Shown here: positions 24,221-37,469 of the stretch, in pieces
Position numbering within the stretch: the first letter of the stretch is position 1
Layout of the letters: every line of letters begins with the position of its first letter
Notes under the pieces: generated by a model
The model's database searches: none
Seen by the model: only the letters and a program-made list of their open reading frames with translations
Told to the model about the DNA's origin: nothing
Made by a program: the position numbers and the translations under genes
Source of the DNA: Mobula hypostoma
Lineage: Eukaryota
DNA length: 64,000 bases
Direction of reading: 5' to 3'
Assembly: GCF_963921235.1 (NCBI RefSeq)
Contig: NC_086107.1
Coordinates: forward strand, 92,692,001-92,756,000

Positions 24221-25986
24221 ATAAACAGAGCAGTGTTTCAAGAGAGAGAAGCTAGTAACTTGGCAAATTGGTTTATTATTGTTACATGAACTGAGATACA
24301 ATGAAAAAGACTTTGTTTTGCATGTCATCCATGCAGATCATTCATTACATCATTGCAGTGAGGTAGTTCAAGATAAAACAATAGTGGAATGCAGAATAAA
24401 GTGTTACAGTTTCAGGGAGAATTCAGACAATAAGGTGCATGGGCATGTGAGGTCTACCAGGGGATAAAGGCCATGATGAGGACGGACTGAGTCAGAGGGA
24501 GATTCAAAGTAACATAGGTGCTGCGATACACAAAGAACTGGAGGAATAAATAGTCAATGTTTCCGTCCGAGACATCAGAACCAGAATTGGAATCCTGTTT
24601 AATATATATCGTGGAATTTGTTAACTTAGCAGCATCAGTACAATGCAATATATGACAGAGAGATAAAGAAAGCTGTGAATTGCAGTAAGAATATATAATA
24701 GTTAAATTAAGTAAGTAGTGCAAAAATAGGAAGTAAAAAAATAATGAGGTAGTGTTCATGGGTTCAATGTCCATTCCCAAATTGGATGGCAGAGGAGAAG
24801 AAGCAGTTCCTGAATCATTGAGTGTGTGCCTTCATGCTTCTGTACCTCCTTCCTGACGATAACAATGAGTTGAGGGCATGTCCTGGGTGGTGGAGGCCCT
24901 TAATGATGGACACTGCCTTTCTGAGGCTCCGCTCCTTGAAGATGACCTGGATACTACGGAGGCTAGTGCCCATGACAGAGCTGGCTAATTTTACAGCTCT
25001 CTGTAACTTTCATCAGCACTGAAAAAGAAGGGGGAAGAAGCCAGAATAAGAAAGTGGGGGGAAGTTATTCTGGTTTCTTTCCCCTCCCAATGAAAGGCTC
25101 TTGGCCGGAAATGTTGACTGTTTATTCCCCTCCATAGATGCAGCCTGACCTGCTGAGTTCCTCCAGCATTTTGTGACGTTGCTCTAGATTTCCAGCATCT
25201 GCAAAATCTCTTGTGTTTGGAAAGTTCAGTGAGGGAGTCAAGGAGAGCACTTCAGACAGAGCAAGGGCCAATGTCTCCAATATGTTTCATACGACAGTTA
25301 GGGTGTCAATAATCCAATGATTAGGATTAAGAGCAAGATTATCTTTAGCTTTATTTATCACATGTAAACGGAAAGATCGAAGCATACAGTGAAATCTCTC
25401 GTTTGTGTCAATGACCAACACAGACTGAGGATATGCTGGCATGGGGAGGGAGGCAGCCCACAAATGTGCCAACATAGCATGCCCACAGCCTACTAACCCA
25501 AATGTTTTGGGAATGTGGGAGGAAACAGGAGCACCCGGAGAAAACACGCGTGGCCACAGGAAGAACATATAAATTCTTCACGGAAAGCAGCAGGGATTGG
25601 CACTGTCAGGAGTTACACTAGCCGCTACGCTACCACAAAACAAAGTGAATATCTTCACTTCACCATGGGTGCCAAGGTAGCGTTGTGCTGTTACAGCTCA
25701 GGGCCTCGGAGTTTGGAGTTCAATTCTGGCAAGTTTGTACTTTCCTTCCCATGTGCGTGAGGGCTTCCTCCGAATGCTTTGGTTTCCTCCACAGTCCAAA
25801 GATATACCAGTTAGGAGGTTAATAGGTCATTGTAAATTCTCCTGTGATTAGTCTAGCGGGTTGGAGGGTGGCACAACTGGAAAGGCCGTAAGGGCCTGTT
25901 CTGTGCTATATCTCATAATTAAATATAAGTACAGTAAATAAACACGCATCACTTGTTTTGTCTTTATCTCACCCTCTCTCTCACAG

Positions 25987-28200
25987 GGACATGAGAAGAC
26001 AACAGTGCTATTTTTTCTTTTCTTCAGTTTGTAAATCCTTCACCACGAAAGAGAAAGAGAGAGGGAGAATGGGGAAAAAGAGGGGAAGAGGGATTGAAGC
26101 CATTCGCGCCCCCCCTCCCACCACCACCACTGTAGCCTGCTGAGACACTGATGCTCAGTCGAGCGAGCAAGAGAGAGGTGGACGTTGAAGGCGAGGCTCG
26201 CGGGTTCACCCAAGGTTCATACCACTTGCGTTGGCGCACCTGAGGCGAGCCTCTGACTGAGCTGCGGCTCTTCCTCTATAGACTCGAGGGGCGTTTAGCC
26301 AGAGCCAAGTGGAAGGTTTCGAGAGACACATCGGCGGAAACGGTTCTGAGCAGCAAAGAGAAATTCCACTTCAAACGCATGTTTCACCATGTCGTGGATG
26401 TGTGTGCCTTGGATGCATTATATGTCAGTGGGAAACTATTGCCTCCACCGGACCCTATTTCCAGTATTCCCACTGAGTCAACTTTTCCTGAAAATTCCCA
26501 CCTGCTGGAGAAGGCCCCTGGATTTGCTTCTCAACTCGGATTTTGGAGGAACTCTCTGACTGTTCCAACTGACCTCAGAGCAGCCTTGCTTTACGTTTAG
26601 CACCAGGTTTCAGATCTAGAGGTGGGAGGAATTGGGAGGGACGTAAGTTTAACTTGTGCCACCCTTCAGTCAACTGACGGTCAGGAGAACCAGTGATTTC
26701 ACATTTCTACCTGCCGACTTTTTGCTCTCAATTGAAGCCATGGGTGAGTGCCTCTGGGAAAGGGGGGTTTAAGAGCAATGATCCACCTCATAACGTGTCA
26801 TTTCCCACCCAAAAAGAGAGGTTAAACTTACTGCTGACTCTACACAGGGGCAAGGAGTTTTCCTACCTCTCCTTGCTCAATGCCCTTCGTCTCTTGGTCA
26901 GAGCCTTTGGGATGAATGTTGATGTTTAAGAAGGCTGTCCAGTTGATTCTTGGGAACAGGTAAACAATGTTTTGTAAATAGGGCAATGTTTCTGTTTCCC
27001 ATCCTTGGGGAGGTTTGTTGACTCTCGAGAATGGTTGTCAATGGATGCAATCTCAAGGGTCCACTTCATGCATCTAGGAGTTCACCTCTCGGACAGAACT
27101 TTCTTTCCCCTAAACCCAAACATGGACTGAGTTGCCTCATGCAAGTCGTCACTAGATCTTCACCTGGCTCTGATATTGACAGCTCATATCCAATGGGATG
27201 AAATGTTCCCCTCTCTCGTCCCACCCTTTGCATCCGTGGTGACGGGGCAATAGTTTCTCAATCCCTCACTTTTCTTCCTCCGGTTTGGTTGTGAAATTGG
27301 ACCTGGAAGTAGGAATGTCTGACTTCAAAACCTAGTCCCAAGCTGGACCTCCTTTGCCCTGTGAAACAGAGACATTCTGGGACCAATGAGTAGTATGGGA
27401 ACATTCAGGAGAAAATGGGGATTGGTAACTCACCCAATGCATTTCAAAGTATCTTCTGGAATAGCTCAATCAAGGGCTCATCTGTGTAATCCAGAGACGA
27501 ACCACACAGCTACCTGCAGGCCAGTTCTGGTTCAGGTACCAATATGTTTAGCCCTGAGGCAGGAGGTTGTGCATCCATGTTCCACACTTGTGACAATTCT
27601 GAATGATGTCCGTGTGGGGATGGATAACTCTATCATTCTCCATCCTGCACGGAGATTATATATCCAGGAAAAGATGGCCCCTTTATCCTCTAATTGGCAG
27701 CACTGTGGCAGACTACTGTCGCTAATAATCCTCTGCCTCTTAAACTCGGGGCCATTGACGCTGATGGGATAAACTTGGAAACACAGCACTGGCACAAGGA
27801 AGAGTTCTTCGGTTTCCCTCTGGAATATGGGGTTGGACATGGAGGAGGTCAGAATTGTTCCTCTTTCTTTTCCTGAAAAATCTGTAAATGCTTTCAGGGG
27901 TTCAAGGTTGAGAACCACAGGATTTTGTGTTATAGGGGAGTCTCGGTTTTGGTTACAAAATTGTTGAGGCTAGATTAGCTCAGTCTAAATCATACTGAAG
28001 GAGTTTCGGTCAGCTGAGTGACCAGTTCCTGCTCCCAGTCCTAATTTTCTCCTGAAGGTAGAGGTCTGATAGTTGAGACAGGGAGGACCTTCCCATTTCG
28101 AGCATGTGCACTGGGAATGTCCTCAGGAACTCTCAGCTGAAGTCCCACTGTCAAATGTGAAATGTCCTCAGCAAAGATTCTGTCCTCACCCTGTGCTGTT
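25987..28200 (+). other. syt3: Probable non-coding terminal exon (3'UTR) of syt3, proximal repeat-free part
   Basis: Strong acceptor ttgttttgtctttatctcaccctctctctcacAG at 25985-25986, followed by ~2.2 kb with no recognisable transposon sequence and no convincing ORF. Confidence 0.65.
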
Positions 28201-28734
28201 CAGTGAATGGAAATAGTCAGTGGTTTGAGTTCAGGATTTTCTTTACACAGAGAGTGGTGGGTGTGGGGAACATGCTGCCAGGGGCGGTGGTGGAGGCAGA
28301 TGTAACAGTGGCATTTAAGAGGCTGTTAGACACATGAATACAAGGGAACGGAGGGATATGGATCATGCGCAAGCAGAAGAAATTCAGTTTAATTTGGCAC
28401 TGTGTTTAGCACCAAAATTGTGGGCTGAAGGGCCTGTTTCAGTGCCATATTGTTCTATGTCCTGTGTTCTAAGATACATGGACAAGGGATCATCAGTCAA
28501 TTATATTCATCCAGACTTCCAAAAAACAGGCATTAAAGCTCCACACAGAAAGTTTAACAAAAGTGGGAGTCCATGGAATTGGAGCTGAACTATTTGCGTA
28601 GATGGGCGGTCATGGAGGAGGTCGAGACACAAGAGATTGCAGGTGTGGGAATCTGGAGCAAAAAAAAACAAAACTGCTGGAGGAGCTCAGCAGATCAGGC
28701 AGCATCTGTGGAGGAAAATGGACTGTACATGCAT

Positions 28735-29030
28735 AACAATGATTTCTTTATTTATAGAGTACTTTTCAGACACAATGTAGTTCAAAGAGCTTTACAATGG
28801 CATAAAAGTGCAAAATTTAAAAAAAAATGAAAATAAAGGACAAAAAGATGCTCATGAAAAGTAGGTTAAGTAAATAAGATTTGAGCTGGTGTTTAGCTGT
28901 GTCAACTGAGTCTGCATCCTTTATAGTTTAGGTATTGAATTCCACAGTTTAGGAGCGTAGTTCAAAAAAGCTGACCTGCCAATTATCTTTTGAGAGAAAT
29001 TGTTTAAATTTAAGAGATCGGTGGAAGACT
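28735..29030 (-). mobile_element. L2-type LINE 3' end
   Basis: tttatttatagagtactttt..tcaaagagctttaca tail and gaattccacagtttagg (WN.LP on minus strand). Confidence 0.55.
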
Positions 29031-32000
29031 TGCCTGTCCTCCACCTGTCTTTGCATCATCTATAAATAACCATCAATTCCATCGTCCAAATCATTGACAT
29101 ACAGCATGAAAATTGACCCAACACTGATCCGCAGAACACCAATGTTGCCAGTAGCCAATCAGAAAAAGCCTCTTTTATTCCCACTCTTTGCCTTCTGCCA
29201 GTCAACCAGCCTTCTGCCCTTCCTAGTATTATGTAGTATGATGGTTTCTATCTCACTCCACAGATACTGCCTGATCTGCTGAGTTCCTCCAGCAGTTTGC
29301 TGTCATACACGAGAATGGATTGCATTGGCAGGATGTAATAGTGACTTATCCAGGCATCCACACTAAAGCCTTAGACATATGAACAAGCCTAGTTCAAAGA
29401 ACCAAGTGTGAGTGTCAGTTTGCTGATGGCGGGGTCAGAAAGTGACGGGGGACACTGCAGGGTTAGGGGCATGCAGGCAGGCAATGGCTCAGTGCGAGGA
29501 ATTGTGCACGTACGGAAGTTAGATCAAAGTGTTTGTCAAATGTTGAGAAACTGGGGAACTTGGATGAGTGGGGAAAATAGTAGATAAGCGTAGAAGTCAC
29601 TGAAACCTATCAGAAGGATACAGACTATCCTGGCAAGGCTGAGGGAGTGTGATGTGCTTAGCTGCCTGCTACTGAGAGGAGATGCATTGTATTATATCAA
29701 CAGCCTGCACAGCCGAGACTTTCATTCTCTCAAATATGGAAGATCGAGGGATGATCTGATTAGCTTCTTTAATAGGATTAAAGGATTTGATGAAGTAGAT
29801 GGAGAGACAGCACTTCCATAACATCAGGGCGTAACCTTATAATGTCTGCCAGCCTGCTCAGAACCAAGTGTTGAAAAAGACTAAGGATCTCCAAGTCCCT
29901 CAGCTGTCCAGGGATCAATACAGAATTGTCCTGCCAAGGATTTTAGTTGGCAAAGTAAAGAACTAGAAGTAAAGTAAAGGTCGCCCATGATCTAGTGGAA
30001 TGTTGGCCAAGTTTCAAGAGACTGAGAGGTCTCCTGTGGGAAGGTATTGAATGGTTTGGAAGAAACACCATTGGAATTCTAAGGCTATACAGTCTGGTCC
30101 TAGAGACTCCCACTCAAGGAAGCATCCTCTCCACATCCACTCTATCCAGGCCTTTCAATATTTGATAGCTTTCAATGAGATGTCCCCTCATTCTTCTAAA
30201 CATGTCAAAAGCCTTCTGAAACTCCAAGTAAAGAACATCCACTGACTCTCCATTTTCCATCCCACCTGTTATTTCCTCAAAATTCCAACAGATTTGAGCA
30301 GAGATCAGTGGTTTTTCAGTCAATGAGAACATTTAAGATCAAAACCCTGCAAAAGTCAAGTCTCATTGACCTATGTTTGGTCCGTGTCTTTTCCTACCCA
30401 TGTACCTGTCTAAATGTCTCTTAAATGTTATAAATGTATCCATCTCTGCTACTTTCACTGTCTACTCTAACATTATGAGAGACATAGATAGAGTGGACAG
30501 GGAATATCTGATTTCCAGGGTTGAAATGTCTAGTATCAGAGGGCACTGAAGGTGAGAGGGAGATATGAGGGGTAATTTTTTTTACTCGGAAAGTGGTGGA
30601 TGCACTGTCTGGTATGGTGGTAGAGGCAACACACATTAGAGGCTTTTAAGAAATGTTTGGCTAGGCACATGGATGTAGGGAAGATGGAGGGAGATTGACT
30701 TGGTGTAGGTAGGAGGGATTAGTGTTTTGGTGTTTTTAATTTGCTTATTAACTGGTTCAGCACAACGTTCTGTATCGAGTGGCCCGTCCTGAACTGTAAT
30801 GTTCCATGTTCTATATACCACCCACTCCCTAAGTTTAAGGTGAGAGGGGAAAGATTTAAAAATGTTTTAAATATTTCTTTCTCACCTTAAACCTACACTC
30901 CCTAATTTCAGAGTCCCCTACCCTGAGGGAAGCAATATAACTATTCATTTTATCTATGCTCCCTGTGATTTTATAAACCTTGAGAAGGTCACTCAGCCTC
31001 CTATACAGCAGGTGAAGCAGATCATAGAACATATACAGAACAGTAGAAGCCCTTTGGCCCACAATGTTCTGCCAACCCTTTCATCTACTTCTAGATCAAT
31101 CTAACCCTACCCTCCCACAGAGCCCTCCCTTTTAGCTTATTTAAGAGTTTATTAAATGTCCCTAATTAATCTGCCTCTACCACCAATGTTGGCAGTGTGT
31201 CCCATGGATCTATAAGACCATAAGACATAGGAGCAGAATCAGGCCATTTGGCACATCAAGTCTTCTTTGCCATTCCATCATGGCTGATTTATTATCCTTC
31301 TCAACCCCATTTTCCTGCCTTCTACCCATAATCTTTGATTCCCCAACTAATCAACAACCTATCAACCTCCGCTTTAAATATACCCAATGACTTGGCCTCC
31401 ACAGCCATCTGTGGCAATGAATTCCACAGATTCACTACCTTATGACTAAAGAAATTCCTTCTCTCCTCATCTGTGTTCTAAATGGATGTCCCTCTATTCT
31501 GAGGCTATGCAGTCTGGTCCTAGAGACCCCCACTCAAGGAAGCATCCTCTCCACGTCCACTCTGTCTAGGCCTTTCAATATTTGATAGCTTTCAATGAAA
31601 TCTCCACTCATTCTTCTAAACATGTCAAAAGCCTTCTGAAAGTCTAAGTAAAGAACATCCACTGACTCTCCATTTTCCATCCCGCCTGTTATTTCCTCAA
31701 AAAATTCCAATCGACTCCTCATAAGGCAATTTATTATGTGCCCCTATGTACCCTGAAACCTTATCCTTGATAATGAACTCCAACATCTTCTCGACCACTG
31801 AAGTCAGGCCAACTGGCCTGTTATTTCCTTTTTCTGCCTACCTCCCTTCTTAAAGAGTGGAGTGACATTTTGAGCGACACACAAAAAATGCTGGAGGCCA
31901 GGCAGCATCTATGGAAAAAAAGCAGTCGATGTTTCAGGCTGAAATCCTTCAGCAGGACTGGAGAAAAAAATGCTGAGTAGATTTGAAAGGTGGGGAGGAG

Positions 32001-33283
32001 GTGTTTCTCTCCCCCACCCCCCCACCACCTTTCTAATCTACTCCTCAACATTTTTTCTCCAGTGCTGCCAAAGGGTTTTGGCCCGAAACGTCAACTGTGC
32101 TTTTTTCCATAGTTGCTGTCTGGCCTGTTGAATCCCTCCAGCATTTTGAGTGGGTTGCTCGGATTTCCAATATCAGCAGTTCTTTTCATGTTTGTGGAGT
32201 GACATTTTGCATCGCTCTTTGTAAAGTTCCCGACTATCCTTAGAACTTTAGTTCTTCTGTCTAAAAACGTTCTTATGAATCTTCTGTGCTCCCCTCCAGC
32301 CAAAACCACCCACAATTCCCTGTTGGTGTGGTCTTATGAATAACATTGTATTGTAACTTGTGCAATTGTAATTCGATGATTTACAAATCCCAGTATTCTA
32401 TGCTATTATGAGGGGTATAGATAAGGTAAATTCAAGTTGGTTGTTTCAACTGAGGTTGTGTGAGGCTAGAACTAGAGGTCATGGGTTAAGGGTGAAAGTT
32501 GAAATGCTTACGGGGAACATGAGGAAGAACTTCTTCACTCAGGCTAGTGAGAGTGTGGTACAAACCACCAGCAGAAGAGGTTGATGCGGAGTCGATTTCA
32601 ACTTTTAAGAGAAATTTGGATAAGAATATAAGGGGAGCCTTTCTCATAGCCTACCCAACAGACACCCCTTAACACCACTGAACCAGCTTAGCTAGTCACT
32701 TGTCTGTGGCTAATCTTGGGATCTTGCGGGATTTCTAATGCCCTGTGGTATGAGGGTGATCATACATAAATCAGCAGCTCTTTGAGATGTGCTGAACTCC
32801 GCTATGTAAATGCAAGTAGCTGTTTTTACATGGAGCGTGGAGGTCTGGGCAACTAGGGAATAATCGGACAGTTGGAAGGGTCGGTTGACAGGATATTGAG
32901 AGACACCCATCAGCACCTGTTATGGACTAGCACTATCAAACTCGGTGACAGAAGCCCAAGCCACTGATTGGCACCAGGTCTTCATGTTCTCTTACAGTGA
33001 GGTTTGCCTGATGTTACCGACGGGTTGGGACGAGGGTGGGGAACCAAGTTTACCCTTCTCCATTTTTGCATGTGGTGTCTTGTCAAGTGGCATGCAGAGG
33101 CAAGGAGTTATTTGTTTCTTTAGCGCAGAGGGGAAGCGGGGGAAGAAAACAAAATCTCAAATCCAACCTCGTAAATCGAATTCATCCATAGTGACTGTTT
33201 GTGGGACGTTTTCCAGTCTGTGTCAAAATATACGTATCCAAAAAATCACACACACATACACTCAAAGCCATAAATGCAGAAGA

Positions 33284-33381
33284 AATAAATGTAATTATTT
33301 TCCCTTTTATTTGAACTGGTTGTGTTAATTCCGCGCACACTGTGGCTGAACTGTTAAATAAAACATTCATGACTTATGTTG

Positions 33382-33411
<30 letters not shown>
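33284..33411 (+). terminator. Candidate polyadenylation signal(s) for syt3
   Basis: AATAAA at 33284-33289 and 33357-33362 in unique AU-rich sequence, followed by a (CT)n pyrimidine tract; I saw no AATAAA in 25987-28200. Confidence 0.45.
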
Positions 33412-33415
<4 letters not shown>

Positions 33416-34329
33416 AAGGCTATGCATTGTATGTAAGTGTGATAAGGCTCTGTAACCTTCTCACTGGGCTCCTATACAAACTCGGCTCGTCAGCTAACTC
33501 TGCCAACAGCCACATGACTCAACAGCGAGAAGGCCACCTTTCATAAATAATATGTCGAGGGTTGGTATGATTTGGGTTTCAACCAGACAGGAACGTCGTG
33601 ATGTTCCGATTTAAGAAACCTCGATTTGAGTGAATGCTGTGTAAATACTGCTTGTGTACAGTTCTCAGTAGCCCAGAAATGACAGATCAATCACCACATA
33701 AAATTATAAAGAAAGTACATTTACTAATTTCTGCTTTATCAACAGTTATTAAAAGAAAGAAGAAAACAAAATAAGAGAGCCTATTACAGTTAGACCAGTC
33801 TAAAGGTGCAAATGACCATTGGAGCTCATTTCTTCCAAAGCTGGGTATAACCGTCACCCATGGCGCCAAGACCGCGGTCTGGGTGAAAGCACTCACCGCA
33901 GTCCAAACTTCCTTCAAACTCCGTCTCAAGCAAATTGGCTCTCTCTCGGGAGTATTGGCCCTTCCTCCTCATCTGCACAAAGCACCTCTTGCAACGGGAA
34001 CTCTCCTTCCAACGGCATTCTGTAGCATCTTCCCTTGTGCCCCACTCCGCAGCTCCCACCAGACTACTGCCCGCCACAAATTTCTCTCCTCCCTGCTCCC
34101 TCTAGAACTTTCTCCGGATCCCACCATCCTGGCAGGCTGGCACAACACTCCTGAGTTGAACGACAGGGCTTCTTGTCTTTAGGCAGAACCGAAACATTCT
34201 ACCAGAGGTCACACAGCTTTTGCATAAAACTGCTAAAATGAAATACCTACAGCATAGCAATAGAAATCTTAACCAGGGCATTATAACTCTATGCTTTACA
34301 AACCATTCACTATGTGAATCCATCATTGT

Positions 34330-34745
34330 CATCTTTACTATCCTGTGGCCTCCTCTATATCACCAAGACCTATATCACTGAGGTGTTGCTCATCCAACAT
34401 GACCTCATCATGGAAATAAAGGAAAGTGTGGTCCAACATGCCAGAATGGGAATGGGAAGACAAATTGAAACAGGTGGCCACTAGGAAATCCTGCTTTTTG
34501 TGGGGGATAGAACAAAGGTACTTGATGATGTGGTCCTCCAATCTACATCAGTTTCACTGATATAGGGCAAGCCACTGCAGGAACACTGGACACAGTAGAT
34601 AACCTCGAAAGACTCGCAGAAGTGTCACCTCACCTGGAAAAACTGGGGCCCTGAATGGTAGAGAGGGAGGAAGTGTAGTTGCAAGTGTAGAACTTGTTAC
34701 ACTTGCAGGGGTAAGTGCCAGGAGGGAGATCAGTAGGGAGGGACA
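34330..34745 (-). mobile_element. Penelope-like element, decayed GIY-YIG endonuclease region
   Basis: Homologous to 56225-56620 (PGTYPCKCNK...F.CES..VIYC). Confidence 0.75.
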
Positions 34746-34794
34746 AGTTGTCAAAGGAATGACAAAGAGAGCCATTGAGAGCCATTGGTTCACT

Positions 34795-35697
34795 GTCAAT
34801 AGACAATAGGTGCAGGAGTAGGCCATTCGACCCTTCGAGCCAGCACCGCCATTCGCTGTGTGATCATGGCTGATCATCCACAATCAGTATCCAGTTCCTG
34901 CCTTATCCCCATAACCTTTGATTCCGCTATTTTTAAGAGCTCTATCCATCTCTTTTTTGAAAGCATCCGGAGACTTGGCCTCCACAGCCTTCTGGGGCAG
35001 AGCAGTCCATATATCCACCACTCTCTGGGTGAAAAAGTTTTTCCTCAACTCCGTTCTAAATGGCCTACCCCTAATTCTTAAACTGTGGCCTCCGGTTCTG
35101 GACTCACCCATCAGCGGGAACATGCTTCCTGCCTCCAGCGTGTCCAATCCCTTAATAATCTTATATGTTTCAATAAGATCCCCTCTCAGCCTTCTAAATT
35201 CCAGAGTATACAAGCCCAGTCGCTCCAATCTTTCAACATATGATAGTCCCGCCATCCCGGGAATTAACCTTGTGAACCTACGCTGCACTTCCTCAAATTT
35301 GGAGACCAAAACTGCACACAGTACTCCAGGTGTGGTCTCACCAGGGCCCTGTACAGCTGCAGAAGGACCTCTTTGCTCTTATACTCAATTCCCCTTGTTA
35401 TGAAGGCCAGCATGTCATTAGCTTTCTTCACTGCCTGCTGTACTTGCATGCTTGCTTTCAGTGATTGATGTACGAGAACACCTAGATCTCGTTGTGCTCC
35501 CTCTTTTCCTAACTTGACTCCATTTAGATAATAATCTGCCTTCCTGTTCTTCCAACCAAAGTGGATAACCTCACATTTATCCACATTAAACTGCATCTGC
35601 CATGCATCTACCCACTCACCCAGCCTGTCCAAGTCACCCTGCATTCTCATAACATCCTCCTCACATTTCACACTGCCACCCAGCTTTGTGTCATCGG
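34795..35697 (-). mobile_element. Young CR1 RT-to-tail fragment with a small internal deletion near 35295
   Basis: ORFs 35264-35671 and 34884-35309 are contiguous CR1 ORF2 apart from a frameshift; (CTATTGT)n tail. Confidence 0.93.
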
Positions 35698-36759
35698 CTG
35701 ATGAGACAAGGAGCCTTAGGACTGAAGTTGGGGACCAGTGTCAATCTGTAAGTGTATCATTACAAGGCATTACTGAAATCATCTGCCCTATTACTGGGTT
35801 CAAGCACCTTCAGTCATTGGCTGTGAGTCAGGCACTTTCACGCTGTCATCCCCCAGGACATTGTCACCACTGGTGCCCATGGCTGTCTGTCAAATCTGGC
35901 GCCGTCCATAATTATTTGCTGTGAGTGGGGAGGGTTTAAGTGAGGAGGATTTTGTCTCAGATCTCCAGCGGGGAGAAGTGATGGTAGATGTCGGACGAGA
36001 GACAACTGGTAATATATTAATTTAGGAATGAGATAGGGAGAGATTTCATCTCTCAGAGGATGGTGAATCCAGAATCACAATCAGGTTTATTATCTCTGGC
36101 ATACATCGGGAAATTTGTTGTTTCTTGATTAGTAAGAGTGCCAAAGGTTACGGGGGAGAAGGGAGGAGAATGGGGTTGCGAGGGTTAATAGATCAGCCTT
36201 GATGGAATGGCGGAGCAGACTCAATGGGCTAATTCTGCTCCCATGTCTCATGGAGCTGAAGTAGAAGATCAGCCTGGATTTTATTGAAAGCTGGAGCATT
36301 ACATAACGTATACTATAAATTACAATAAGGAATATATCTTTAAAAATTAAATAAGCAGCGGAAAAAGAGAGCAAAAATAGTCAGATAGTGTTCATAGGCT
36401 CATAGAAATCTGATGGAGATGATGCTGCAGCCAGTCAGAATCCAGTGAGAGTCATACAGCCTCACTCACTGGACCAGCATATCGATGCTGTGCATGCTGT
36501 TGCCGGCCAACTGCTGCAGAGACCCAGGTCTGATCCTGACTTTGGCTGCTGTCCCTGTGGGGCTTGTATGCTCTCTCGGTGGCTGGGTTCTGTTTGCACC
36601 GGGTGCTCTGGTTTCGTGCCACATCCCAAAGACGTTCGCTGTCCTCTGTAAGTTGTCCATGGTGGAGGAGAGTGGTATAGGGGGAGCTGATGGGCACGTG
36701 AGAGACGGTAAGTTCAGGATCACAGGGCTGATGAGAGCCAGAATGGGCCCAATAGGAAG

Positions 36760-37400
36760 TTCACACAAAACGCTGGAGGAACTCAACAGGCCGGGCAGCA
36801 TCTATGGAGGAGAATAAACACCTGAAATTTTTGCCCAAGACCCTTTGTCAGGACCGACAAGAAAGGGGAAAGAGACAGAATAAGAAGACGGGGTGGGGGA
36901 GGAGTGCAAGCTGGCAGGTGATAGGTGAGACCATGTGAGGGGGAAAGAGGGTGGATGGTGGCGGGGGTGGGTGATAAAGTGGGATCCTGGGAGATGATAG
37001 ATAGATGAGGTAAGGGGCTGAAGAAGAAGGAATGCGATAGGAGAGGAGAGTGGACGTGGGAGAAAGGGAAGGAGGGGCACCAGAGGGGGGTGTTGGCAGG
37101 TAAGGAGAAGAGAGTGGCAAGAGGGGAGCCGGAACAGGGAATGGCAAAAGAGAGAGGGGGAGGGAGAGAGATCACCAGGTTAGACAAGTCGACGTTCAGG
37201 CCATTCGGTTGGAGGCCACTCAGACAGAATATGAAATGTTGCTCCTTCGACCCAACAGCGACCTTATCATGACAGTGGGGGAGGCCGTGGACTGACCTGT
37301 CAGAATGGGAACTGGAAGTAAATTAAAATGGGTGGCCTCTGGGAAAGTCCATCTTTTGTGGCAGATAGAGTGAAGGCACTCGATGAAACAGTGGGTGGAC
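36760..37400 (-). mobile_element. Penelope-like element 3' region
   Basis: Terminal repeat, purine-rich tract and endonuclease C-terminal remnant (EEQHFIFCLSGLQPNGLNVDLSN on minus strand). Confidence 0.8.
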
Positions 37401-37469
37401 TGGCCGTTTTCTAGAACATGGAGTGCGGAACAATACAGACAAGGAATGGGCCCATCAAACCACACTGCC

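Noticed and set aside
27386..27918. Overlapping 128-aa ORFs on both strands in unique sequence
   Set aside because: No recognisable domain or splice framework; they lie within the probable syt3 3'UTR.
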